Origin: Patescibacteria group bacterium
GTDB taxonomy: Bacteria; Patescibacteriota; Minisyncoccia; UBA9983
Direction of reading: 5' to 3'
Assembly (NCBI GenBank): GCA_040752125.1
Contig: JBFMFK010000005.1
Span: forward strand, 1-60,703
DNA length: 60,703 nucleotides
A program made the translations under genes and the position numbers. The notes under the pieces were generated by a model that saw nothing but the letters and a program-made list of their open reading frames with translations, was not told the DNA's origin and searched no databases. Shown in pieces: positions 44,917-52,745 of the stretch (position 1 is its first letter; each line of letters opens with the position of its first letter).

Positions 44917-47304
44917 ATGAAAATTGTTGCGGATTTGCATATTCATTCAAAATATTCGCGGGCGGTTTCTCAAGAAATGACTCTGGAAAATATTGCTCTT
45001 TGGGCAAAGAAAAAAGGGATTCAGGTAATGGGAACAGGTGATTTTACTCATCCGCAGTGGTTTGATGACATCAAAACTAAATTAGAACCAGCAGAGAACG
45101 GACTTTACAATCTCAAATCTCAAATCTCAAATCTCAAATCTGAAGTTTCAAGTTTCAAGTTTCAAGATACGCGCTTTATGCTCACTGCGGAAATCTCCAG
45201 TATTTATTCAAAAGGCGGGAAAGTGCGGAGAATCCATAATTTGATTTTTGCGCCTTCAATAGAGGCAGTGGAAAAAATTAACACCAAACTCGGCTGGATA
45301 GGGAATTTAAAAGCAGATGGCCGGCCGATTCTCGGTTTGGATTCCAAAGAATTGCTGAAAATAATTTTAGAGGCAGATGAGAAATGTGTTTTGATTCCGG
45401 CTCATGCCTGGACACCCTGGTTTTCTATTTTCGGTTCTATGTCCGGTTTTGATTCTATTGAAGAATGTTTCGAGGAAATGTCACCTCATATTTTTGCCAT
45501 TGAAACAGGACTTTCATGTTATGATGAAAAGACTGAGGTTCTAGCCGAAAGTGGATGGAAGAAATTTGCTGACGTTAGACAGGAAGATAAAATCTGCACA
45601 CTCAATATTTCTACAGAAGAAATTGAGTATCAAAAACCGCAAGAGATTTACCACTCAAAATATCGTGGCAAGATGTATAGATTAAAAACTAAGCGAGCGG
45701 ATTTGCTCGTTACTCCAAATCATAATTTATTATATGCTCCTGTTGATTTTCGTGTGCGAAGGCCATACCGATTAAAAGAAGTCCGTTCTCTGTTCGGGAA
45801 ATCAAAAATATTAAGAAAAGACGGAATTTGGAAAGGAGAAAATCTGCATTATTTTACGTTGCCAGAAGTAAAAATACAACACGGAAGTAGATTTTATTCC
45901 GGTTTTCGGACTAAAAAAGAGAAAACAATTCCCATCAAACAATGGCTGAAATTTTTTGGCTTTTGGATAGCTGAAGGGTGGACAACGAAAGGTAATAATG
46001 GTGATTACGCTGTTTGTATTTCTAATAAAAATTATGAATTGATGACAGAAATGAAGCATATTTTAGAGAGTTTTGGATATAGTGTATTTTGGGATAAAAA
46101 AACAACAAACACAATTCGGGTAAGAGATTATCAACTTTTTCATTATTTGAAACAATTTGGGAAAGCATCTGAGAAACATCTTCCAATGGAAATTAAAACA
46201 TTATCAAGTAAGCTTCTTGAGATATTCTTGCAATATTATTTAAAGGGAGATGGTCATGTATACGGTAGAAATGGTAAGGGAAGATCAGCAACGACAATAT
46301 CAATACGTCTGCGCGATGATTTACAAGAAATTGCCTTGAAAACAGGAGATTCTGCATACTATAAGTTACTGAGAAAGAAAGGTTCTCCTTCCAACTCTCC
46401 GAGTCAGAAAAAACAATACTATCAGAGTGCAGATTCTTGGAATATCTATTTTATACGTCATAATCGCCATGCTATTATTCCTTCAACAATGAAGAAGTAT
46501 GGATACAAAGAGCAATGGGTTGATTATGACGGAATGGTATACTGTGTTTCAGTACCAAATCATACCGTATATATAAGACGAAATGGAATTCCTCTCTGGT
46601 GTGGGAATTCTGATCCGGCTATGAACTGGCGGCTTTCTAGCCTTGATAAAATCTCTTTAATTTCTAATTCTGATTCCCATTCTTTGCAAAAACTCGGCAG
46701 GGAAGCCAATGTTTTTGATTGCGAACTTTCTTATCGGGGAATTATTGACGCCATCAGGAGCAAAGACCCCAAAAAATTCTTGTATACCATAGAATTTTTT
46801 CCAGAGGAAGGCAAGTATCATTACGACGGCCACCGCGACTGCAGGGTGTCATTTCCGCCTGACGAAACAGAGAAACACAGAATGATTTGCCCGGTCTGCG
46901 GCAAGCAGTTGACCGTGGGCGTGCTTAATCGAGTTGCTCAATTAGCCGATTTACCCGCCGAAGCCGTAGCGAAGGCGGGCAGAATTCCCTTTAAGAATCT
47001 TATTCCCCTTGACGAAATAATCGGCGAGGCAATGAGCGTTGGCCCAAAATCAAAAAAAGTAATGGAGGAGTATGAAAAATTGGTTTCTAATTTCGGCAGC
47101 GAATTAAATGTTTTGGAAGAAGTTTCTTACGATGAAATTTCTAGGGTCGGGAATACCGAACTTGGCGAGACAATAAAAAGAGTGAGGGAGGGAAGAGTTA
47201 TTATCAAACCGGGCTATGACGGCGAATATGGAAAAATTTCTATTTTTACAGAAGACGAGAAAGAGAATATATTATCTGGTAGATCTCAATCAAGTCTTTT
47301 CTAA
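44917..47304 (+). CDS. EndoQ-like PHP-domain nuclease with Zn ribbon (COG1379-type), interrupted by an intein
   Basis: MKIVADLHIHSKYSRA and GTGDFTHPQW PHP motifs. CPVCGKQLTVGVLNRV Zn ribbon. C-terminal KPGYDGEYGKI. A 364-aa in-frame insertion lies between ..FAIETGLS and SDPAMNW.. Confidence 0.75.
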   Translation: MKIVADLHIHSKYSRAVSQEMTLENIALWAKKKGIQVMGTGDFTHPQWFDDIKTKLEPAENGLYNLKSQISNLKSEVSSFKFQDTRFMLTAEISSIYSKGGKVRRIHNLIFAPSIEAVEKINTKLGWIGNLKADGRPILGLDSKELLKIILEADEKCVLIPAHAWTPWFSIFGSMSGFDSIEECFEEMSPHIFAIETGLSCYDEKTEVLAESGWKKFADVRQEDKICTLNISTEEIEYQKPQEIYHSKYRGKMYRLKTKRADLLVTPNHNLLYAPVDFRVRRPYRLKEVRSLFGKSKILRKDGIWKGENLHYFTLPEVKIQHGSRFYSGFRTKKEKTIPIKQWLKFFGFWIAEGWTTKGNNGDYAVCISNKNYELMTEMKHILESFGYSVFWDKKTTNTIRVRDYQLFHYLKQFGKASEKHLPMEIKTLSSKLLEIFLQYYLKGDGHVYGRNGKGRSATTISIRLRDDLQEIALKTGDSAYYKLLRKKGSPSNSPSQKKQYYQSADSWNIYFIRHNRHAIIPSTMKKYGYKEQWVDYDGMVYCVSVPNHTVYIRRNGIPLWCGNSDPAMNWRLSSLDKISLISNSDSHSLQKLGREANVFDCELSYRGIIDAIRSKDPKKFLYTIEFFPEEGKYHYDGHRDCRVSFPPDETEKHRMICPVCGKQLTVGVLNRVAQLADLPAEAVAKAGRIPFKNLIPLDEIIGEAMSVGPKSKKVMEEYEKLVSNFGSELNVLEEVSYDEISRVGNTELGETIKRVREGRVIIKPGYDGEYGKISIFTEDEKENILSGRSQSSLF
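45109..45164. repeat. Heptanucleotide tandem array (AATCTCA x4, AATCTGA x1, AGTTTCA x3) inside the EndoQ-like gene
   Basis: Eight consecutive 7-nt units read directly. Encodes ..NLKSQISNLKSEVSSFKFQ.. Confidence 0.9.
45517..46608 (+). mobile_element. Intein with LAGLIDADG homing-endonuclease domain
   Basis: Starts with Cys (CYDEKTEVLAESG). Block B is LLVTPNHNLL (T-x-x-H). Two LAGLIDADG-type motifs (LKFFGFWIAEGWT and IFLQYYLKGDGHV). Ends ..VYIRRNGIPLWCGN with a +1 Ser. The flanks join to ETGLS|SDPAMNW. Confidence 0.8.
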
Positions 47305-47307
47305 AAT

Positions 47308-47339
47308 CTAAAAATAAAAAAGAGCTCCGCGAACGAAGC
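47308..47339 (-). terminator. Intrinsic terminator on the minus strand (UUCG-capped hairpin plus U-tract)
   Basis: The minus strand reads GCUUCG-UUCG-CGGAGC followed by UCUUUUUUAUUUUU. It lies ~205 nt downstream of the rplT stop. Confidence 0.6.
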
Positions 47340-47530
47340 CCTTATTATTTTTGTCTTTGTTGGGAATGTGCACTTTAGTGCAGGGGTTAAGAAAGGAGTT
47401 AGAATCTGGTTGAATTATTTTTTTTCAAAAGCACTTGGAGATTAGAATCTCCTTCTTCCCCTGCAAATTTCTATTTAAAATTGATCTGATTTTATTATAT
47501 TAAAAAGCGAGTAATATGTGCAACTGGGGA

Positions 47531-47539
47531 TGTGGATAA
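47531..47539 (-). promoter_or_regulatory. Perfect DnaA-box consensus (TGTGGATAA on the plus strand) just downstream of rplT
   Basis: Exact 9-mer. On the minus strand it lies 31 nt upstream of a TATAAT-like box. Confidence 0.3.
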
Positions 47540-47544
47540 GTAAG

Positions 47545-47892
47545 TTAATCCATTACCTGTTTTACAATAGTATCAAATATTTCCGGATGTTTTTCTGCCA
47601 TTTGGACCAGAATCTTTCTGTTAATTTCCATTTTTTTCTTTTTTAATTGGCCCATTAATTTACTATAGGAAATTCCTTTTTGGCGACTGGCGGCATTAAT
47701 TTTTATCTGCCAAAGCTTTCTGAACTCTCTTTTTTTCTTTCGTCTGTCATGAAAGGCGTGCCTGCCGGCATGAAGTAGCGCCTCTTTTGCTAATCTTTCT
47801 TTTGATTTTCTTCCAAAGCGAAATCCCTTCACTTGTTTCAGGATATTTCTTCTTCTCTTCATTGATATGATTCCTCTTTTTACTCTTGTCAT
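47545..47892 (-). CDS. rplT: 50S ribosomal protein L20
   Basis: MTRVKRG..RRRNILK..KGFRG..AFHDRR is the classic L20 sequence. Confidence 0.95.
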   Translation of the reverse strand: MTRVKRGIISMKRRRNILKQVKGFRFGRKSKERLAKEALLHAGRHAFHDRRKKKREFRKLWQIKINAASRQKGISYSKLMGQLKKKKMEINRKILVQMAEKHPEIFDTIVKQVMD

Positions 47893-47957
47893 AAAATGAG
47901 CTTGAAGTAGTCAGCTTTTAGCTTATAAACTTGCTATTATTGGCTGACTACTAATCA

Positions 47958-48146
47958 TTAATTCAATGGCAGGTATCTGCCTAAATCTTTTTTCTTAAGC
48001 TCAAAGCTTTCCCACTTCTTTTGGGATAATTGTTTCTTTCTTCTCTTTTTTGCACGGAAATGATCTTGGCCAGGTTTTCTTTTTAAAACCTTACCACTTT
48101 TTGTTATTCTCAATCTCTTTAATAATGATTTATTTGTTTTTTCCAT
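47958..48146 (-). CDS. rpmI: 50S ribosomal protein L35
   Basis: A 62-aa basic protein between infC and rplT, with a KTNKSLLKRLRITKSGK..HFRAKK pattern. Confidence 0.9.
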   Translation of the reverse strand: MEKTNKSLLKRLRITKSGKVLKRKPGQDHFRAKKRRKKQLSQKKWESFELKKKDLGRYLPLN

Positions 48147-48681
48147 ACTCTATTACTAAACTTATTCCTGAGGGGGTTCTTTGAGGACCATCAGCAATTT
48201 TATACTGCTCTGTTATAAGGTTTAATACTCTCTCCATTCTTTCCTTTAAAAAATTTTCAGCCAAAAATTTTGCCCGACCCCTCAATATTAAGTCAATTTT
48301 GACTCGGTTTTTTTCTTTTAAAAATGCGGATATTTTTTTTGCTTTTAATTCCAGATCGTGCTGAGAAGTACCAATTTTGACTCTAATAGATTTGGTTTCT
48401 GTTCGTTGGTTTTTTTTTGTTGTCTCTCTGGTTTTTTTCTGTTCTTGATATCGGAATTTGCCATAATCCATTATTTTTGCAACAGGAGGGCTGGCCGTAG
48501 GTGCTATTTCTATGAGGTCCAATTCTTTTTCCTTGGCAATTTTTAATGCCTCGCCCGCAGTCAAAATTCCGAGACTTTTTCCATTCTCGTCAATTAGCAT
48601 TAATTCTGGAGCAGTTATTTGATTGTTGATTCTTGTTTTTTTTATAAATTTAATTATATCCGAAACTACGTGGTTTACCAC
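48130..48681 (-). CDS. infC: Translation initiation factor IF-3 (true start possibly a downstream non-canonical AUA/AUU codon)
   Basis: INNQITAPELMLIDENGKSLGIL and the C-terminal domain KEIRVKIGTSQHDLELK.. are typical IF3. The tracked GTG start lies only 6 nt from the hairpin that follows the tmRNA. Confidence 0.85.
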   Translation of the reverse strand: MVNHVVSDIIKFIKKTRINNQITAPELMLIDENGKSLGILTAGEALKIAKEKELDLIEIAPTASPPVAKIMDYGKFRYQEQKKTRETTKKNQRTETKSIRVKIGTSQHDLELKAKKISAFLKEKNRVKIDLILRGRAKFLAENFLKERMERVLNLITEQYKIADGPQRTPSGISLVIEYGKNK

Positions 48682-48714
48682 GAGCGAGGTCTGCGTTTAG
48701 CAGACCGAGTCGAG

Positions 48715-49071
48715 TGGAGGTGGGGAGGGCGAACTCCCGTCCAAAAATTTATCCTAAAATATTTCTACAAACTTATCTGATTTTAAAATTTCAGAATAAT
48801 AAGTATAAAATCGGAAAAATCTCATTATTCTTATCTCCTTCCGCCAGATGGCAGATTTTCGGAAATTTCTCGGAGAAATTAAATTTCCTATTCCAATGAT
48901 AACACTCGGCCCTACCTATTGGACATCAGTAGGTAAGCGTGCTTTATGCGTATGCTAAAGCAGGTGTTCTAAATAAGTTTGCACTTATTGATTTTCTAAA
49001 AGTTTTACGAGCTTTTAGAATACTCGGTTTGCATATTTTATTCAAAATTATTGTCAAAACCAGTCACCCCC
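48715..49071 (-). ncRNA. ssrA: tmRNA (SsrA)
   Basis: The minus-strand 5' end GGGGGUGACUGGUUUUGACA pairs with the 3' end ..GGACGGGAGUUCGCCCUCCC-CACCUCC-A to form a 7-bp acceptor stem with a G3:U70 pair and a T-arm. An internal tag ORF reads GCA AAC UUA UUU AGA ACA CCU GCU UUA GCA UAC GCA UAA, giving ANLFRTPALAYA* (48944-48982). It is adjacent to smpB. CCA is not encoded. Confidence 0.85.
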
Positions 49072-49510
49072 GTTTCAATTCTCTTTCTATCTTTATTTTT
49101 GCCTCGCGCTTTTTTATTTTCTCCCGTTTATCAAATTTCTTTTTACCTTTTACCAAAGCAATCTCAGTCTTGATTTTTCTTCCTTTAGTATACACTTTCA
49201 ATGGCACTATTGTCAATCCTTTCTGGCTTAATTTTCCTTCTAAATCTTTTATTTCTCTTTTATTTAAAAGCAATTTTATGGTACGTTGTTCTTCAAAATT
49301 AGAAGGAAGATTTTGTGGTTGAAAAGGATGAAGTTCCACACCAATCAAAAAGGCCTCGCCTCCGCGAATGATAACTCTTGAGCCCAACAGTGATCCTTTT
49401 TTATTGCGAAGCGATTTTACTTCCCAGCCCCTCAATGCTAAACCCGCCTCCATTGTTTCCAGGAGTTTGTAGTCAAATTTCGCTCTTCTATTTTCTAGTA
49501 ATATAGACAT
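49064..49510 (-). CDS. smpB: SsrA-binding protein SmpB
   Basis: NRRAKFDY..E.GL.L.G.EVKSLR...L....V..I.GEAFL....I.PF is the canonical SmpB sequence. Confidence 0.9.
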   Translation of the reverse strand: MSILLENRRAKFDYKLLETMEAGLALRGWEVKSLRNKKGSLLGSRVIIRGGEAFLIGVELHPFQPQNLPSNFEEQRTIKLLLNKREIKDLEGKLSQKGLTIVPLKVYTKGRKIKTEIALVKGKKKFDKREKIKKREAKIKIERELKRG

Positions 49511-49595
49511 TACTTAGATATTATCAAATAAAATAAATTTTCTATATAGTTGCTATTTAATGATCATTGGTATATAATTTATATAATTTTTATTT

Positions 49596-51467
49596 ATGCC
49601 GGAAAAAAATTCTCCCAAATCTCTTTATAGAAACATTATTGCCGCGTTTTTAATCCTGATAAGCATCGCAGCTCTTTATTCTTTTATTAAAGAAAGTTTT
49701 AAAAAGACAGAAGAAATTCCCTTATCCCAGCTAGTGGCTGAAATAAATGCTGGCAATGTCACTAGTATCAAAGTGAGTGATCAAGATCTGGTAATAATAT
49801 TTAATGATGACTCAACAAAGATTTCCAGAAAAGAAACAGAGGCTTCGTTTACTCAGACACTAGATGATTACGGTGTTTCTCAGGATCAGCTAAAAAAGAT
49901 CAAATTGGAAATAGTCAACCCCTCGGGTTTTATGGTTTGGATTTTAAATCTTTTACCATTCTTAATACCCTTTTTTCTTATTGTCATATTTTTCTGGATA
50001 ACAGCGCGCCAAGTAAAAAGCACCAGCATGCAGGCGTTTAGTTTTGGGAAATCTCGTGCCAGAGTCATTGGTCCTGAAGATCAGAAAGAAAGAGTGACCT
50101 TTAAAAATGTGGCCGGGGTACATGAGGCAAAGGAGGAACTAATGGAAATCGTTGAATTTTTAAAAAATCCTAAAAAATTTTTGGATATGGGTGCTCGCAT
50201 ACCCAAGGGAGTTCTTCTTATGGGCCCACCAGGAACAGGAAAAACACTCTTGGCAAGAGCAGTGGCCGGCGAGGCTGGTGTCCCGTTTTTTATCATCTCT
50301 GGTTCGGAATTTGTAGAGCTTTTTGTTGGTGTTGGAGCCAGTAGGGTAAGAGATCTTTTTAAGATGGCCAAAAGAGCGGCTCCTGCAATTGTTTTTATTG
50401 ATGAAATAGATGCAGTCGGCAGGCAACGTGGCGCTGGTTTAGGAGGAGGACACGATGAAAGAGAACAAACATTGAATCAGATTCTTGTTGAGATGGATGG
50501 GTTTGAACCGCATGAAAAAGTAATCGTTATGGCGGCTACCAATCGTCCTGATGTGCTTGACCCTGCTCTTTTAAGGCCTGGCAGGTTTGACAGAAGAGTT
50601 ATTCTTGATCTGCCTGATATTGAAGGAAGGGAGGAAATTTTAAATATCCATGCCAAGATGAAGCCTTTAGATAATGACATCAATCTTAGAATTATTGCAG
50701 AAAGGACTCCAGGATTCTCTGGTGCTGATTTGCAAAACTTAATGAATGAAGGAGCAATTTTGGCAGCGAGGGCAGGGAGAAAGAAAATCAGCCAAAATGA
50801 TTTGATCAGGTCAATTGAAAAAGTGATGCTAGGACCAGAAAGAAAAAGTCATCTGCTTACCAAAGATGAGAAAAAAATTGCTTCTTATCATGAAGCCGGC
50901 CATGCACTGGTAGCTTCTGTTTTACCAAACGCCGACCCGGTCCATAAGGTTTCCGTGGTCTCGCGCGGCAGAGCCGCTGGTTATACTTTAAAACTTCCCC
51001 TAGAAGAGAGACATCTCTTTTCAAAATCTCACTTTTTGGATGAAATAGCTGTTGCGCTTGGAGGTTATGCTGCAGAGAAGATAATTTTTAATGACATCAC
51101 CACTGGCGCGGCAGATGATTTATACAGAGCAACAGAGATGGCGCGTGATCTCATAACTAGATATGGCATGTCTGAAAAAATCGGACCTGTTGCCTATGAG
51201 GGAAGAGAGGGAATGGTCTTTTTAGGCAGAGATTTTTATACAGAAAGAAATTATTCTGAAGAGATGGCAAAGGAGATTGATAAAGAAGTAAAAAAAATAA
51301 TGTACAATGCCTTAAAAAGAGCAGGGGCTGTGTTTTTAAAATACCGTCCCACCCTTGAGAAGGTAGCAATGGAGTTGATCGAAAAGGAAACTCTAGAAAG
51401 GAGTGAATTTGAGAAGATTATTACTGAAGCAGGTATAAAATTGAAAAAAGAATATCAACATACTTGA
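49596..51467 (+). CDS. ftsH: ATP-dependent zinc metalloprotease FtsH
   Basis: Two N-terminal TM segments. Walker A GPPGTGKT, Walker [13 protein letters not shown] region, and the HEAGHA zinc motif. Confidence 0.95.
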   Translation: MPEKNSPKSLYRNIIAAFLILISIAALYSFIKESFKKTEEIPLSQLVAEINAGNVTSIKVSDQDLVIIFNDDSTKISRKETEASFTQTLDDYGVSQDQLKKIKLEIVNPSGFMVWILNLLPFLIPFFLIVIFFWITARQVKSTSMQAFSFGKSRARVIGPEDQKERVTFKNVAGVHEAKEELMEIVEFLKNPKKFLDMGARIPKGVLLMGPPGTGKTLLARAVAGEAGVPFFIISGSEFVELFVGVGASRVRDLFKMAKRAAPAIVFIDEIDAVGRQRGAGLGGGHDEREQTLNQILVEMDGFEPHEKVIVMAATNRPDVLDPALLRPGRFDRRVILDLPDIEGREEILNIHAKMKPLDNDINLRIIAERTPGFSGADLQNLMNEGAILAARAGRKKISQNDLIRSIEKVMLGPERKSHLLTKDEKKIASYHEAGHALVASVLPNADPVHKVSVVSRGRAAGYTLKLPLEERHLFSKSHFLDEIAVALGGYAAEKIIFNDITTGAADDLYRATEMARDLITRYGMSEKIGPVAYEGREGMVFLGRDFYTERNYSEEMAKEIDKEVKKIMYNALKRAGAVFLKYRPTLEKVAMELIEKETLERSEFEKIITEAGIKLKKEYQHT

Positions 51468-51477
51468 TTAAAATCAC

Positions 51478-51549
51478 GCGCGTGTAGCTCAATGGCAGAG
51501 CATCGAGCTTATACCTCGAGGGTTGTAGGTTCGAATCCTACCACGCGTA
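51478..51549 (+). tRNA. tRNA-Ile with genomically encoded UAU anticodon
   Basis: Cloverleaf folded by hand. Acceptor GCGCGUG/CACGCGU (G1-U72 wobble). D arm GCUC-AAUGGCA-GAGC. Anticodon arm UCGAG-CUUAUAC-CUCGA. Variable loop GGGUU. T arm GUAGG-UUCGAAU-CCUAC. Discriminator A. No encoded CCA. Confidence 0.85.
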
Positions 51550-51563
51550 TTTCAAATAAACTT

Positions 51564-52745
51564 ATGTATAGGGGGATTGCGACAATGACACTAGATTATG
51601 GAGAATGCCCGCGTTGGCTTTTTGAACGAATGGTCAAACTCGGTAGAGAAATGATTCGCGCTCTCATAAAGGAATATGGCCCGGATGAATTCATAAAACG
51701 GATGGCGGATCCAGTTTGGTTCCAGTCACTAGGGACAGTTTTAGCATTTGACTGGAATGCTTCTGGTTTGACCACTATTCTTACAGCCGCCCTCAAAGAG
51801 GCGATCCGGGGCCAAGAGAAAGAATTGGGTATTTTTATCTGCGGCGGCAAGGGGAAGACTTCGCGCAAGACTCCAGAGGAAATAATAAACTGGGGAGAAA
51901 AATTATCTTTGCCTGCGGATCAGACAAACAAACTGGTCTATAATTCACGGATGAGTGCTAAGGTAGATAGTGCTCTAGTGCAGGATGGTTTTCAAATTTA
52001 TCACCACAGTTTCTTTTTCTCGCGTTCTGGATATTGGGCTGTTGTTCAGCAGGGGATGAATCAAGAAAAGCAATCAGCCCGGCGTTACCATTGGTTTTCT
52101 GAAAAAATTTCTGATTTTGTCTGTGAACCGCATAGCGCTATAAGCTCGCAAACTTTTAATAAAAAAACACTCAATTTAGTTGCCAAGAAAAGCGGCCAAA
52201 CACGGAAACTTTCCGTAGAACTGGTTCAGGAAGGATATAAATCTTTGATGAAAGAGATAAATCTTATCAGAAAATATTTTTCACCCATTTCCCAGATGGT
52301 AAGTTTGCAAAAAAATAATGAACAACTTACCTTGCTTAATCTTGAAAATCGTGAATTTTATTATCACCCAGCGGTAAAAGAGGATTTTTCCAAAAGCCGT
52401 TATTTGGAAAAGATTTTGGCCAAGGCGGCAGAAATTTCACCTCATAACTATGAGGAGCTTCTTGCCATTGAAGGTGTTGGACCAAAAACTATGCGATCTT
52501 TAGCATTGGTGGGAGAGGTGATCTACGGAGCCCAACCTTCTTATGAAGATCCAGCTCGCTACAGTTTTGCCCTTGGCGGTAAAGACGCAACACCCTATCC
52601 TGTTGATCGGCCGACATACGACCAAACTATCTCTATTCTTCGGCACACAATCAGCAAAAGCAGTTTGGATCTTTCTGAAAAAAAGAAAGCTTTGGGGAAA
52701 TTAGATCGTAGAAATTTAAAACAAGGAGTGTATAATAAAATCTAA
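51564..52745 (+). CDS. DUF763-family protein
   Basis: ..CPRWLFERMVKLGREMI..YGPDEFIKRMADPVWFQSLGTVLAFDWNASGLTT.. matches the conserved DUF763 N-terminal block as I recall it. The start is taken at ATG 51564 because the tracked N-terminus overlaps the tRNA. Confidence 0.65.
   Translation: MYRGIATMTLDYGECPRWLFERMVKLGREMIRALIKEYGPDEFIKRMADPVWFQSLGTVLAFDWNASGLTTILTAALKEAIRGQEKELGIFICGGKGKTSRKTPEEIINWGEKLSLPADQTNKLVYNSRMSAKVDSALVQDGFQIYHHSFFFSRSGYWAVVQQGMNQEKQSARRYHWFSEKISDFVCEPHSAISSQTFNKKTLNLVAKKSGQTRKLSVELVQEGYKSLMKEINLIRKYFSPISQMVSLQKNNEQLTLLNLENREFYYHPAVKEDFSKSRYLEKILAKAAEISPHNYEELLAIEGVGPKTMRSLALVGEVIYGAQPSYEDPARYSFALGGKDATPYPVDRPTYDQTISILRHTISKSSLDLSEKKKALGKLDRRNLKQGVYNKI

Noticed and set aside
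47384-47462. A tRNA or RNase P RNA in the rplT-downstream spacer.
   Set aside because: No GTTCGAATC-type T-loop with matching acceptor stem, and no GAGGAAAGUCC or ACAGAA..GGCUUA RNase P core elements. Only generic helices are present.
48714-49322. Plus-strand ORFs 48714-48899 and 48939-49322.
   Set aside because: They overlap the tmRNA gene and smpB on the opposite strand. Their sequences are Phe/Leu/Ile-rich with no motifs. The tmRNA fold explains the interval.
51492-51563. N-terminal extension of the DUF763 ORF (MAEHRAYTSRVVGSNPTTR...).
   Set aside because: This part of the ORF is the tRNA-Ile gene read as protein. The conserved DUF763 block starts after ATG 51564.
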